DNA from: the human T2T-CHM13v2.0 reference genome, Homo sapiens
Strand: one strand, 5' to 3'
DNA: 64,000 bases
Assembly (NCBI RefSeq): GCF_009914755.1
Contig: NC_060935.1
In this document: piece by piece, positions 42,993-58,440 of the stretch
Position numbering within the stretch: position 1 is the first letter of the stretch
Layout: each line of letters begins with the position of its first letter
Program-made: the position numbers and the translations under genes
Notes under the pieces: generated by a model
What the model saw: the letters and a program-made list of their open reading frames with translations, nothing else
Database searches by the model: none
Told to the model about the DNA's origin: nothing

Positions 42993-43030
42993 ATTTTGAA
43001 TGAATGAAAGTTTAAAGTTTTAAATAACTG
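42737..43030. repeat. Local tandem duplication (two copies, ~136 and ~158 bp), each with a (TG)n tract
   Basis: Copy 1 42737-42872 and copy 2 42873-43030 are nearly identical outside the microsatellite. Confidence 0.95.
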
Positions 43031-43439
43031 TCCATATCCTCTCTCAAGAATTTCCCTGGGTGTTCTTTTACTTCACAAGGATCACAGAATGAAAAAAAAA
43101 ATAACAATAGTAAAAAGGAGACAAGTCTTTTAAATATTTGATAAAATGGTATTGTATTGTTGAGTTTGTATTCCTCGAACTTTGCAATAATAAGGCGAGG
43201 GGAGGAGCCCAGGGATTATTCCTTCAGAATCAACTGGTATTTCCTGATGATCCGCTGTGGGCTGGGCACTGAGGTGGGTGCGGAAATGCAGGGTGAACAT
43301 GACACAGGTTCCCTGCCTTCAGTTTCACTTTCCACATTGTTAAGGCTATTCCATGCAAGAATGAATCCTTTCAAATTTAGTCTAGCCAGATGTTTTGTGT
43401 CCTCTATCCCCTCAACCTTGTTTTTTTCCTTTGCTTGGC

Positions 43440-45050
43440 ATTTATTTTATATTGAAGTATAATTGTGGTATCAATAAACTGCACATTTTTGAACTGCACA
43501 CTTTGAAAAATTTTATATATGTATACAATCATGACACAATCACAGTCAAAATAATGAACACATCCATAACCCCCAAAAACTTCCTCAAGCCCCTCTGTAT
43601 CCATCTTTCCCCCCGCCTTACCCAATCCCTGCCCCCAGGCAACAGCAATCTATAATGCTGTCATTATAGTTTCTACTTTCTAGAGTTTTATATAAATGGA
43701 ATCATACAGTATGATGATTAACTGAACAAAATTATTTTGAATTATTTTGGGATTGTCAACTAAAGAAAAAAAATCAAGCTTTTATTTTAAGAGATGGAGT
43801 CTCACTCACTTTGTCACCCAGGCTGAAGAGACTGAAAAAAAAAAAAGATTCATCTGTGTTTTTGCATGTATCAATAATTCATCCTTTTTTGTTGCACAGC
43901 AGTATTCCATTAAGCAGATGTATAACAATTTTTTGATCCACTTCATTCATCTATTGATGAACATTTGGGTTGTTTCCTTTTTTTTGGCTATTGAAAATAA
44001 AGTGTTAACTTTTTGGAAACTGTCTCCTGAAAAAGCTAAACATAAATTTACTAAATAAGCCACTGATTCCTCTCATAGGTACATACCTAAGAGAAATATA
44101 CGTACACACAAAATCTTGTGCACTAACGTTCATGGAAACATTATTCATAATAGCCAAAAAATGGAGACAACCCAAGTGTCCACCAACTGATGAACAAATC
44201 AACACAATGTGGTATATCCATAACAATGCAATATTATAAGCAATAAATAGGAATATAGGAGGGATACATGGACGAACCTTGAAAACATTATGCTAAATGA
44301 AGTAAGTCTGACTTAGGCCACCGTGTATTTTGTGATTCCACTTACATGAAATGTCCAGAAAAGGCAAATTCATAGAGACAAAATGTAGTGTTTGCCAGGG
44401 GCTGGAGAGAGGTGGGGCCGGGGGTCTGGGGAGTGATTGCTGATGGGTAGTTTCTTTTGTAGGTGATGAAAATGTTCTAAAATTAAATAGTAGTGATGGT
44501 TGTGCAACTCTGAAAATACTAAAAACTACTGAATTGTGTATTTATTTTATGAGACGGAGTCTCGCTCTGTCGCCCAGGCTGGAATGCAGTGGCATGATCT
44601 GGGCTTACTGCAACCTCCTTCTCCCAGGTTGAAGTGATTCTCCTGCCTCAGCCTCCCGAGTAGCTGGGATTACAGGCGCGCACCACTATGCCCCGGTAAT
44701 TTTTGTATTTTTAGTAGAGACGGGGTTTTGCCATGTTGCCCAGGCTGGTCTCCAGTTCCTGACCCCAAGTGATCCGCCCGCCTCGGCCTCCCACAGTGCT
44801 GGGATTACAGGCGTGAGATCCACTGCGCCCAGCCAAAGCTGCTATTTTTTAAAAGCGGCAATGAACATTCTTGTACAAGTCTTTGTACGGACATACAGTT
44901 TGGGTAGAAGAATAGCTGGGTCATATGCTGGGTGGATACTGAACTTTTTCAGAAACTGCCGCTCCTCTGCAAAGTGACTGCACCATTTTATGTTCCCAAC
45001 AGCAGTACAGGAGAGTTTCAGGTCTACACAAACCCATCCATACTTGGTAA
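43440..45050. mobile_element. Nested L1M 3' remnants (minus element interrupted by a plus element and an Alu)
   Basis: Minus L1 ~43440-44003 resumes at ~44850 (atgaacattcttgtacaagtc); plus L1 ~44050-44540. Confidence 0.65.
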
Positions 45051-45340
45051 GACCCAACAAGCTTAACATTTCAAGGGAAGGTGGACTTAGGGAGGCGCCA
45101 GCGGGAGGCAACATCAATGCAGTTAGCTACACGGGCCTGAAAACTGGAGGCCGCGACAAGCGTCGCTGAGTGGAGGCCCAGTAAGTCCCACCCACTAGGC
45201 CAGCCCGAGCGCGTCTGCCACGCCCTGCTGCATTCCGCGGCGAGAGCGCGCGATAGGATTGGCTCTCAAGGCCCCGCCCCAACAGGTCGCCGCTCAGGGT
45301 GACCCGGAAGCAGTTGCGCCAGCAGCGTCGCGCGGCCCAG

Positions 45341-45351
45341 TTCCCTTTTCC
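45341..45351 (+). promoter_or_regulatory. TCT initiator / 5'TOP-like pyrimidine tract at the probable TSS
   Basis: ttcccttttcc about 55 nt upstream of the ATG, typical of translation-machinery genes; the TSS itself is inferred. Confidence 0.7.
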
Positions 45352-45401
45352 GGTCGGCGTGGTCTTGCGAGTGGAGTGTCCGCTGTGCCCGGGCCTGCAC
45401 C

Positions 45402-45443
45402 ATGAGCGTCCCGGCCTTCATCGACATCAGTGAAGAAGATCAG
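45402..45443 (+). CDS. EIF3M: EIF3M (translation initiation factor 3 subunit M) coding exon 1
   Basis: gcaccATG start; translates MSVPAFIDISEEDQ, the eIF3m N-terminus; donor CAG|gtgtgc at 45444. Confidence 0.97.
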
Positions 45444-45838
45444 GTGTGCTTCGGTCTACGGGTGCCGCCACGGTGGGGTGGGGGATGTCCTAGTAGCGCA
45501 AGGGACCGCTGCCGAGCCTGGGCCGGGCGGCCGGGGCTGACACCCGCAGCTGTTCTACACGCGAGAATGGGGAGGCCGGTGGCTGGGGCGCGCGTTCCTG
45601 GCCTCGATTCGCACCAGCTCGCCGGCCGGCGGTCCCAGCGCGGGGCCCGACGCTTCACCGCCAGCTCCCTGGTCGGCGTCGGGACTCATTTCTGACGACA
45701 TAGTACTTTTAGACTGATGAGGAATGATGTCTGCTTCCGTCCGTCAAATGCAGCCACATTCGGAGTGGGAGGTGGTGAATCTGTAGTTAGCATAAGCAGG
45801 GTAGGGAAAAGTAATTTTGTGCTAAAGATCAAAATGCC

Positions 45839-46175
<337 letters not shown>

Positions 46176-47465
46176 TCACAGGCGAAGACGACCCGTATTT
46201 TACACTTGCTTTCTATTCCTACTTGTATGAGGGTGAGAGTTGTTCTGTACCCCGGAAGTATGGTATCAGTTCAGCTCTTAAATTCTGTGAGGCATACACC
46301 TGATGGACCATCCTGATATTTTTAAATTTCCCGTTTGGCGTTTGCTCTTTGGTATACAGGGCTGATGGTTCTCATTTTCCCCATAACAAAAGTTTAACCT
46401 TATTTGGTAGGAGTTGAACACGACATCGTATTCTTTAAGTTAATTTTGTATTGCTGAAAATTCTTCTGTGAAGTCCTAACTTTGTCGTTTTATTTCTGTT
46501 ACTCCACTAACACGGAAGTAACTTCCAAATGATTGGATATCATAAACTTCGCATGGAAGTTTACTTGTCTAAGACAACTTACAGAATTGCGGGAGTGAGT
46601 TCCCCCTCTCTCCTCCCCCCGCCCCATGGTAGGAATGCAGTTCCGATGCTCTGAAGAGCAAAGTAAGAAGGGAAAATGCAAAAGGCGGAGAAAAGGTCAA
46701 GGATGGGGAGGTTAAGCACAGATAGGAAGATATGAAAGACAAAAAGATACCTGATTAGAAATGGAAGCATGTTACCAACAGTTGGCTGTTAGGTTAACTG
46801 AGAAAGTGTTTGGAATTTTTTTTTTTTTAACATACAAAGTGAATGGAGGAAGTTCTTGTCATTGATCGTATCTTAAAGTGTCTTTTCTCAGGCTCTGCTT
46901 CTGTTCTTGTAACATCAGTATCGCTGTAGACAGTCCTTTCAGGGAAATATGAAATTGCTCAGGATTAGTTTAACTTTGGTGAAATTCTCAGCTTGATTAG
47001 AGTTAAATGGAATTCTTTATCTTTTTTTGTTTTCCTTTGCTTATGCTGCTTCCACAACCACTTGTGGCAGTGAGGATGACAGAAAAACAGCAAACGTGGT
47101 TCAATAGTTCTTAGAAAAAGTTTGCTGTGTATCTGTTTCCTCCATAGAGAAGCATGAAGCATGATTTCTGGAGGTATTTTTGTTTTCTCTGACATGGTGA
47201 CAGTTTGTTTTCTTTTTTTAATTTTGCTTATAATACCAACTCTTCTATGAAGTTACTGTGTTCTTGTTACCTGAAAGGATAGTACCGTCAGATCTGCAGG
47301 TTTAATACTTTCCTGAGGCAACTAAATATACTTGGGGGTTTAAAAATCTTGATGGCTTTGAATTTTTTTTTTTGGCTTGGTCTAGAAAATGTAATGCCTG
47401 TGCATTTACTAATGGTATCCTTTCATATTCCTGTTGCACATCCTCATTTTATTATCTTTAAAACC

Positions 47466-47781
<316 letters not shown>

Positions 47782-48530
47782 CTGCGTTTGTTTGGCTGCC
47801 ATAAAGAGTCCCAGAAGAAAAATGGAATAAATATATATAATTCGGTAGTAGGGTAGGAAATGTCCAAGTGACTGAATGTGCTATTGTAGTTGTGTTTTTA
47901 TAGGTCCGAAGATGCATGCTGACTCAGATATGCATTTTTAATTTTAAGAGATTAGTTACATAACAGATCCAGTTCGATGTAATTTTAAGGCAGCATTCAC
48001 CGCATTGCCCTTTTGTGAACCAAAATGCTTATCTCAAATAGCTTCTCAACTGATTAACAAATGATTACCCTTTTGCCAAGGTAATGTCTGTAACTTTTCT
48101 AGTAGCTGTGGTTATGTGTGTACTTGAGAGCAATACTATTGTTCATTTCTTTCAAAAAAATGAAATCTGCCAAGTCAGATTGATTTCTTCTCCCCAGCAA
48201 CCACACCCCCACCAAACCCTTTGGGTTATATTATCAAAAAGATTTTTGCTGTATGCTGGAAGTCCAGCAGGGTGCAGACTACATGAGAGAAATTCTGAAG
48301 GTGATCCATGGGGGCTGTAGTGTGTCTAAGGAGCCACTGGACCTCATGGAGGAAAACCTGTGGCTCTTGTGGGATTGCCAAGATGGATGAGGTGAGGGAG
48401 GGGTCTTCAACATTATTTGAAATAGTTGTTGAATACAGTATTTCCATTTTAGTTTTTCAGAAAGAGGACAGAATTTGAGATTGTGCTTTGTCATTCGTAG
48501 TCAGTTTTATAATAGAGCAATCCTCAACAG

Positions 48531-48663
48531 GCTGCTGAGCTTCGTGCTTATCTGAAATCTAAAGGAGCTGAGATTTCAGAAGAGAACTCGGAAGGTGGAC
48601 TTCATGTTGATTTAGCTCAAATTATTGAAGCCTGTGATGTGTGTCTGAAGGAGGATGATAAAG
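48531..48663 (+). CDS. EIF3M: EIF3M exon 2 (133 nt)
   Basis: caacag|GCT acceptor; AAELRAYLKSKGAEISEENSEGGLHVDLAQIIEACDVCLKEDDK; donor AAG|gtttgt. Confidence 0.97.
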
Positions 48664-49350
48664 GTTTGTTTTTAATTTTTTTCTAATATTTCCTAATAAA
48701 ATCTTTTAAATTTTTCTTGTGAATTATAGAGTCGTCCCTCATTATCTGAGGCAAGGAGGATTTGGAACCCTCAGATACAGAAGGCTGACTGTATTTATAT
48801 GTTTTGAATTTCAGACTACAGGACTTTTAAATAGATAGGTAGTGGTTGTATGTATTTTGGGGGCACAGGTGATATTTTGATACATGTATGCAATGTGTAA
48901 TTATCAAATCAGGGTAATTGGAATATCACACATCTTTTCTTTATGTTGGAAACATTCAACAGTTCTCTTCTAGCTCTTTCAACTATACAATACATTGTTA
49001 ACCAGAGTCTAAGCACTGTTGTTTTCAATCTTACCTTCACACATGCTTTCAGTTTGTGTAATCTATTATACCTATAAAGTAAACCTATTTTGAGAAAACC
49101 TTTATTTTATACATAGGTGTATTTCTTAAGTGTTATTACACTAAATGCTTATAGTCTTAGAATAAAATGAAAAAAATGAAGCTCTTTCCTGTTCATAAGT
49201 TTCAGATTAACATCAAATGGGATACAATTTCAAGTAATCTAATAGCCATTTAATTATTAGGCCAGTTTCCTGTTTATTGAGATAGAATGGGAAATTTTCA
49301 GAATTGTTGAGTTCGGAAATCTCTAGTTAAGGTTTAGAGATCAAACTTGG

Positions 49351-49384
49351 ATGCTGATTTCGGCAGCACATATACGAAAAAATT
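49351..49384 (+). pseudogene. U6 snRNA 5' fragment (tailless retropseudogene)
   Basis: Exact 17-nt U6 core TTCGGCAGCACATATAC (49359-75), flanked by imperfect 13-bp direct repeats agatcaaacttgg / agattaaatttgg. Confidence 0.85.
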
Positions 49385-49627
49385 AGATTAAATTTGGGAT
49401 ATGATTAATATCTGTAATACTTAAAAATAACTAATTCAAGCAGAGAGCTGACAGCTTTAATTTCTGATTTCCTATATGTGTACACAAAGTTTTCCTTAAT
49501 TAAGAAAGTATCCTAGTCCTAAATCATACCAGTAACTTCCAAATGATTGAATATCATGACAGTGAAAATTGAAACTTTATATACATGTAAATCAGTCTCT
49601 GTTTTACTAGTTAGAAACCACATCATA

Positions 49628-49946
<319 letters not shown>

Positions 49947-50110
49947 TCAATTTCCTTCCTCTTTAATAAAATATACAAGTTGCTTTCTGAATGCGAAAGT
50001 GTCTTACATTTGATGGTCTTCATTGTATTAAAACACTGGAAATGCATATTTAACTAGACGCATTGAGTATTGTAGTATCACTGTTGATTGTGTTATCCAT
50101 ACTTGTGTAG

Positions 50111-50249
50111 ATGTTGAAAGTGTGATGAACAGTGTGGTATCCCTACTCTTGATCCTGGAACCAGACAAGCAAGAAGCTTTGATTGAAAGCCTATGTGAAA
50201 AGCTGGTCAAATTTCGCGAAGGTGAACGCCCGTCTCTGAGACTGCAGTT
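50111..50249 (+). CDS. EIF3M: EIF3M exon 3 (139 nt)
   Basis: gtgtag|AT acceptor; DVESVMNSVVSLLLILEPDKQEALIESLCEKLVKFREGERPSLRLQL; donor TT|gtaagt. Confidence 0.97.
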
Positions 50250-50528
50250 GTAAGTTAAGATCTGAAAGAAACTCAGTTTTTCTAGGTGCTTTTTTCATGT
50301 TACTAACTTTTAATGGTGCAGAGCAGGAATTCTGGAACTTGACTCTCAGCTGTGGCTCTTATTAGCTGTGACCTTGGGCAAGTGGCTTGACCTTTCTGTG
50401 CCCTAGTTTCCTCCTTTGTAATATGAAGTTGTTAACGGTACCTGCCACAGGTTTGTGGTGAGAGCTAACCTCAACTTAAAACTGGTTGCTGATTTCAAAC
50501 ATTGTTTATTTGTTTGTTAACCAACCAG

Positions 50529-51158
<630 letters not shown>

Positions 51159-52326
51159 GTATTCAAAAGTAATGAACTAACATATCACTTAACAGACAGT
51201 ATAAGTAGGTGGGGATGTTTTTTAAAGAGAAGTAGGGCCAGTAATTTTGCTTTACTCTGTTCTCCACAGAGTTGCTATAAATCTATTTCTATAAATTTGA
51301 CCTAAAGTTAAAGATAACTATAAAGATTAAAAGTAGTTTTCCCTCATCTTTGAACTTTTTAAAAAGTGAAATTTGGCTTTTTTTCTAAAAAAAGAAAGGT
51401 GGGGCCTTTCCAACATGGGCTTCAACCTACTGCTGTAGCATGAGCTTGGTGAATGTGGTGAAGCATCTCATCATTTTTGGATGGTGCAGTGGCAGACTAC
51501 AAAAAACTTTGTGTTAATGTAAATATTCCATCTCTCCACCCATGTCCTTCCTCTTGCTTATCACACTCTAGACCCAGCGAGCCTATGTCAGGTATAAAAG
51601 CACCATGCTCTTTGCCAGTCTGGACCAGGAGCTGGCACTGGTTCTTCTATAGCCCGTGTACTAAGAATGGTTTTAACATTTTTAAATGATTGAGAAAGAA
51701 AATCAAAGAAAGGGTAATATTTCATGATATGTGGACATTATATGAAATTCAGATTTCAGGGTCCATAACATTGGTATTACATCCATGCCTATTCATTTAC
51801 ATATTATCTGTGCCTGCTTTTGCCAAGAGTTTAGTTACAACAGATACCATATAGCTTGCAAAGCTTAAAATATTTACTCTCTGGCCCTTTATAGAACGTT
51901 TGCCTACCCCTTGTCTAAGTAGTCTTACTATAGTCAGCTTCATGTCTCTGCCAGAAACACCCCTCTCATATTTCGGTTAGTGCCTCCCTTTTACAGCACC
52001 CTCTACTTGTATCCTAGCATTTAACACCCTTAGTTGAAAGTAAGGTTGTAGGCTAAGTGAAGGCAAGGAACCTCATCTGTTAACCATTGCATTCCCAAGA
52101 AGATAGCACTTATTGGGCACTGAGTGGATAAATGCTACCCACAGTAGGGAACTGGAAGGGGATACTTGTTTAAACACGACATTTCTGACATTCTGCCAAT
52201 CTAAATGTTGAGAGTTGGTTTTCTTCTTTAGAACACATAAAATACATATTTTAATCAGTAAAATTCTGAGATTTTACCTAGCAGTTAAGTAAAAATGCTT
52301 CAAGTTTATGGGTGCCCCCTTCATGA

Positions 52327-52665
<339 letters not shown>

Positions 52666-52904
52666 TGTTGTGCATTTTAAAGGGTGTTACTGGTAACTAA
52701 GCCCTTACATGTCAGACACCATGCTGTGTGCTTCAAGTGGATTAAAAAGATTTCTTTAGCTGAGAAGGTTGAAGTATACTGTAGTTGCTAAAACTGGAAA
52801 ATGACTTGCACCTGTGCTTACAGTGTGGCACAAGATAACTAATGAGTAAGATGTGGTTTTTTAAAAGTTTTTCTTTGAATTTTTATAGTTAAGTCATTAT
52901 ACTT

Positions 52905-54300
<1,396 letters not shown>

Positions 54301-54899
54301 AGTATTAATTTTTTATTTTTAGAGACAGGGTCTGACCATGTTGCCCACACTGGAGTACAGTGGGTATTTGGCTGTTCACAGGTGCAATTGTAGTGCATTA
54401 CAGCCTTGAATTCCTGGGCTCAAGCAAGCCTCCTTAGTAGGTGGGACTATTGGCATGCGCCACTGTGCCTAGGCATTTATATCACTACATTTAAGATGCG
54501 GGTTACCACTTAGCCATGCCTACAGTGGTATTTCTGAATCTTAGTAAACCTTAGTTTTGAAAGAAGTTTTAGATAGCATTTACCATTTTAAAATAAATGA
54601 TACAGTTCCTGCTGATTTTGCCCAGGCTAAACTCAGATGTGGGGAGTAAGTATTTTTAGAAAATGAAAAAAGGAAAAGAAAAACCTCTTCCTCCTAGTTA
54701 GCAAAGCTTTCTATAAGCTGAAGATTCCACAGTTTAAAGAAGTCATGAGGAGTAAAGATAAACATTTTCTAAAAGTCCAGTTTGAATGACTGCATTTATT
54801 TATTTTGCCCTATTTACTCCAGTGAAACTGATGTATATAACTGTAAGAATAATTTAATTGGAAGGGTATCTTAAGTAGAGTTATTTAAATATTTGGTAT

Positions 54900-55340
54900 T
54901 GTCTCAACTTCAGCCATACTGTCCTAACAGTTTCTGGGACACAAAACTTTTTTTGCGCCTAGGGCCTTTATGCTTGGTTTTCCCTCTGCTTGGAAAGTCA
55001 TCTTACCCCACCTTTCATGAACCCAGCTCTTTTCATGGCCAAGAAAAGGATATTTTACATCATTTTGGTCTCAGCTTACTTGCCATCTCTTCTGAGGGAG
55101 ACTGCTTTCCCACTGTACATAAAGCGGCCTTTCCGTTTTCTGCCCTTGTTGCTTTGATTAAATCACCATTTATTTCCTTCATAGCACTTATTAGTTACTT
55201 TTCCTTAGTTGTCCATCTTTCCTACTAAAAGGAAGGTTTTATGACTTTTCCCATAGACAGGGACTTTGTCTCTCTTAGTCACCGTTATAATGTCATCAGC
55301 ACAGTACCTGCCTCTTAAAAATATTTTTAAATGAATGAAT
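54900..55340. mobile_element. L2 3' remnant
   Basis: atttccttcatagcactta...cagcacagtacctg...aatgaatgaat. Confidence 0.55.
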
Positions 55341-55383
55341 AGCAGTAATGCTTTCAAGTTCCTAAAGCAATATTTCTTTTTAG

Positions 55384-55467
55384 TGATGCTGCTTCAAAAG
55401 TCATGGTGGAATTGCTCGGAAGTTACACAGAGGACAATGCTTCCCAGGCTCGAGTTGATGCCCACAG
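55384..55467 (+). CDS. EIF3M: EIF3M exon 6 (84 nt)
   Basis: tttttag|T acceptor; DAASKVMVELLGSYTEDNASQARVDAHR; donor CAG|gtaatg. Confidence 0.97.
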
Positions 55468-55959
55468 GTAATGTTAAACGTTACTCTGATGAGGGTTTGA
55501 CAGCGATGTAGAGGTAAGCTACAATATTAAATTAAGTAACTGAAATCATGTTTGCAACTACCAGTGATCCAGAGCCATTTGATAGTGTGTATTTCCTGGT
55601 GATTCTAATGTAGATACTAAAATTCAAGGTTTGATATTGGAAGAACTGTGGATTGAATATGAAGTAGCTGCATGGCGTTTACCTGGCGGGGGGGGTATTG
55701 CTGGTATGGGGATGATGATCCCAACCCAAGAATTAGAACCTAATCTTGGGCCAATTGACCCTAATTTTAAGGTTATAGGTGGAAAGTTGATGGCTTGCCA
55801 AAAATTAACCCATTGCTAATGAGTATAAGGGCTTTTAACAGTCTTAGATCTAACTGGTAACAAGAATAGAATCAGTTTTCTAAATCTATGTAATAAGGAT
55901 TATGAAACTTCTTTTTTTGGTCATTGCTTTGTGTGGACCTCTACATGATAGGAGTTGGT

Positions 55960-56160
55960 AAAAAGGGAAGTTGGTGGTAAAGATCCTTGACTTTGAGGTC
56001 AGGCTGCCTCCATTCACATTCTTACTCCACCTCTTAATGAGCACTTCTGAACTGCTTCATAGTTGATAAAGGGGGCAGAGTAATACTGTTTGTCTCCTAG
56101 GTTGTTGTGAGGAATAAATGAGATGTAAGGCAAGTGAAGCACTTAGTGTCTTGGCATGTG
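55960..56160. mobile_element. MIR
   Basis: ctaggttgttgtgaggaataaatgagat...aagcacttag. Confidence 0.65.
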
Positions 56161-56431
56161 GTTCTGCTGCTGCTTACTATTTGATTACCTTGGTGCTTTC
56201 TCTCCAGCTATGTTTTTATCTACAATTAATATATTTCATTTTGTTAAAACAGATGAACCTGATAAATGTGTTGGCCTGTCTTAACCCAATCCTGTAGCTT
56301 TTTTAATGTTGTTTATATGTTTTGGACTGTTAGATATTTTGCCGAATTAAGTATATTTTATGATCTGCAAAAACTCAATGAAAAGCCAGGATTTCAAAAC
56401 CCTGAGCTTACATTTTTGTTCTCTAATTAAG

Positions 56432-56531
56432 GTGTATTGTACGAGCATTGAAAGATCCAAATGCATTTCTTTTTGACCACCTTCTTACTTTAAAACCAGT
56501 CAAGTTTTTGGAAGGCGAGCTTATTCATGAT
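56432..56531 (+). CDS. EIF3M: EIF3M exon 7 (100 nt)
   Basis: attaag|G acceptor; [33 protein letters not shown]; donor GAT|gtaagt. Confidence 0.97.
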
Positions 56532-56651
56532 GTAAGTAGTTTATCCTTTAATGTGAAAAATGTTCTCCTTTCCTAAATTTTACATACTGAAGCAGGACTC
56601 TTTTTCTTTGCATTAATAAAAGTGACTAATGGCAAGATATGGAAAGATTAA

Positions 56652-57179
<528 letters not shown>

Positions 57180-57483
57180 TGAACATTTTTCAAATGCAAG
57201 TATAAATATATTTTGGACTGTTGTGCATCTGGACTATGCCATTAGCCATCATCTTTCAGTGTGGATAATTTAGAGCTCAGTGTATTTACTGATTATTTCA
57301 TTTTAAAAGTGAGCCATGTGAAAGCAGATGGTTTGGTAATTTGATGAAACAGAATGATATTTCTGCCTTGAACAAAATGTAGGAGTCAGTATCTTTAAAA
57401 TAATATTTACAATATCTTAGAATATCTTACAATAAATCTGAATTCTGTATTGATGGTATCTTTTTTGTCTCTTATCTGTATAG

Positions 57484-57565
57484 CTTTTAACCATTTTTGT
57501 GAGTGCTAAATTGGCATCATATGTCAAGTTTTATCAGAATAATAAAGACTTCATTGATTCACTTG
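57484..57565 (+). CDS. EIF3M: EIF3M exon 8 (82 nt)
   Basis: gtatag|CTT acceptor; LLTIFVSAKLASYVKFYQNNKDFIDSL; donor TTG|gtaagt. Confidence 0.97.
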
Positions 57566-57828
57566 GTAAGTTTTGGGGTTTATTCTTTGAGGCACAGAGG
57601 TGGGAACATGATACACTAACAGTTATGTACTATGTGTTCCAGCAAGTATGGCTGTGGCCTTATTTGTAGATTATCCTAAAAGGAGTCGTGTATGATAGAA
57701 CAGCACAAAAATAGGTAGACAGTTTAAAATATTACTTAGAATGAATTGAGAATCAGAAACCAAGAAGGTGTAGGAGGTGGCATTTGTGATAGAAAGAGAA
57801 TGAAACTGGGAGTATGAAAACAACTCGG

Positions 57829-58440
<612 letters not shown>

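Larger units (their letters stand above)
45090..45760 (+). promoter_or_regulatory. CpG-island, TATA-less EIF3M promoter and exon 1
   Basis: High GC and CpG density; reverse CCAAT (attgg 45258-62), GC box gccccgcccc 45271-80, ETS/GABP-type ccggaag 45304-10 and ttccgg 45348-53. Confidence 0.9.

Noticed and set aside
45444-45695. Extension of the exon 1 ORF to 97 aa
   Set aside because: Read-through into GC-rich intron 1; eIF3m homology stops at the GT donor
48521-48530. tcctcaac resembling the U12 branch site, and the gtattc donor of intron 5
   Set aside because: No GTATCCTT/ATATCCTT 5' splice site; the introns look U2-type
55487-55543. TGATGA...CTGA pair resembling a C/D-box snoRNA in intron 6
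   Set aside because: Box C lacks the leading purine, the span is short, it lies only ~20 nt from the donor, and there is no convincing terminal stem or recognisable guide
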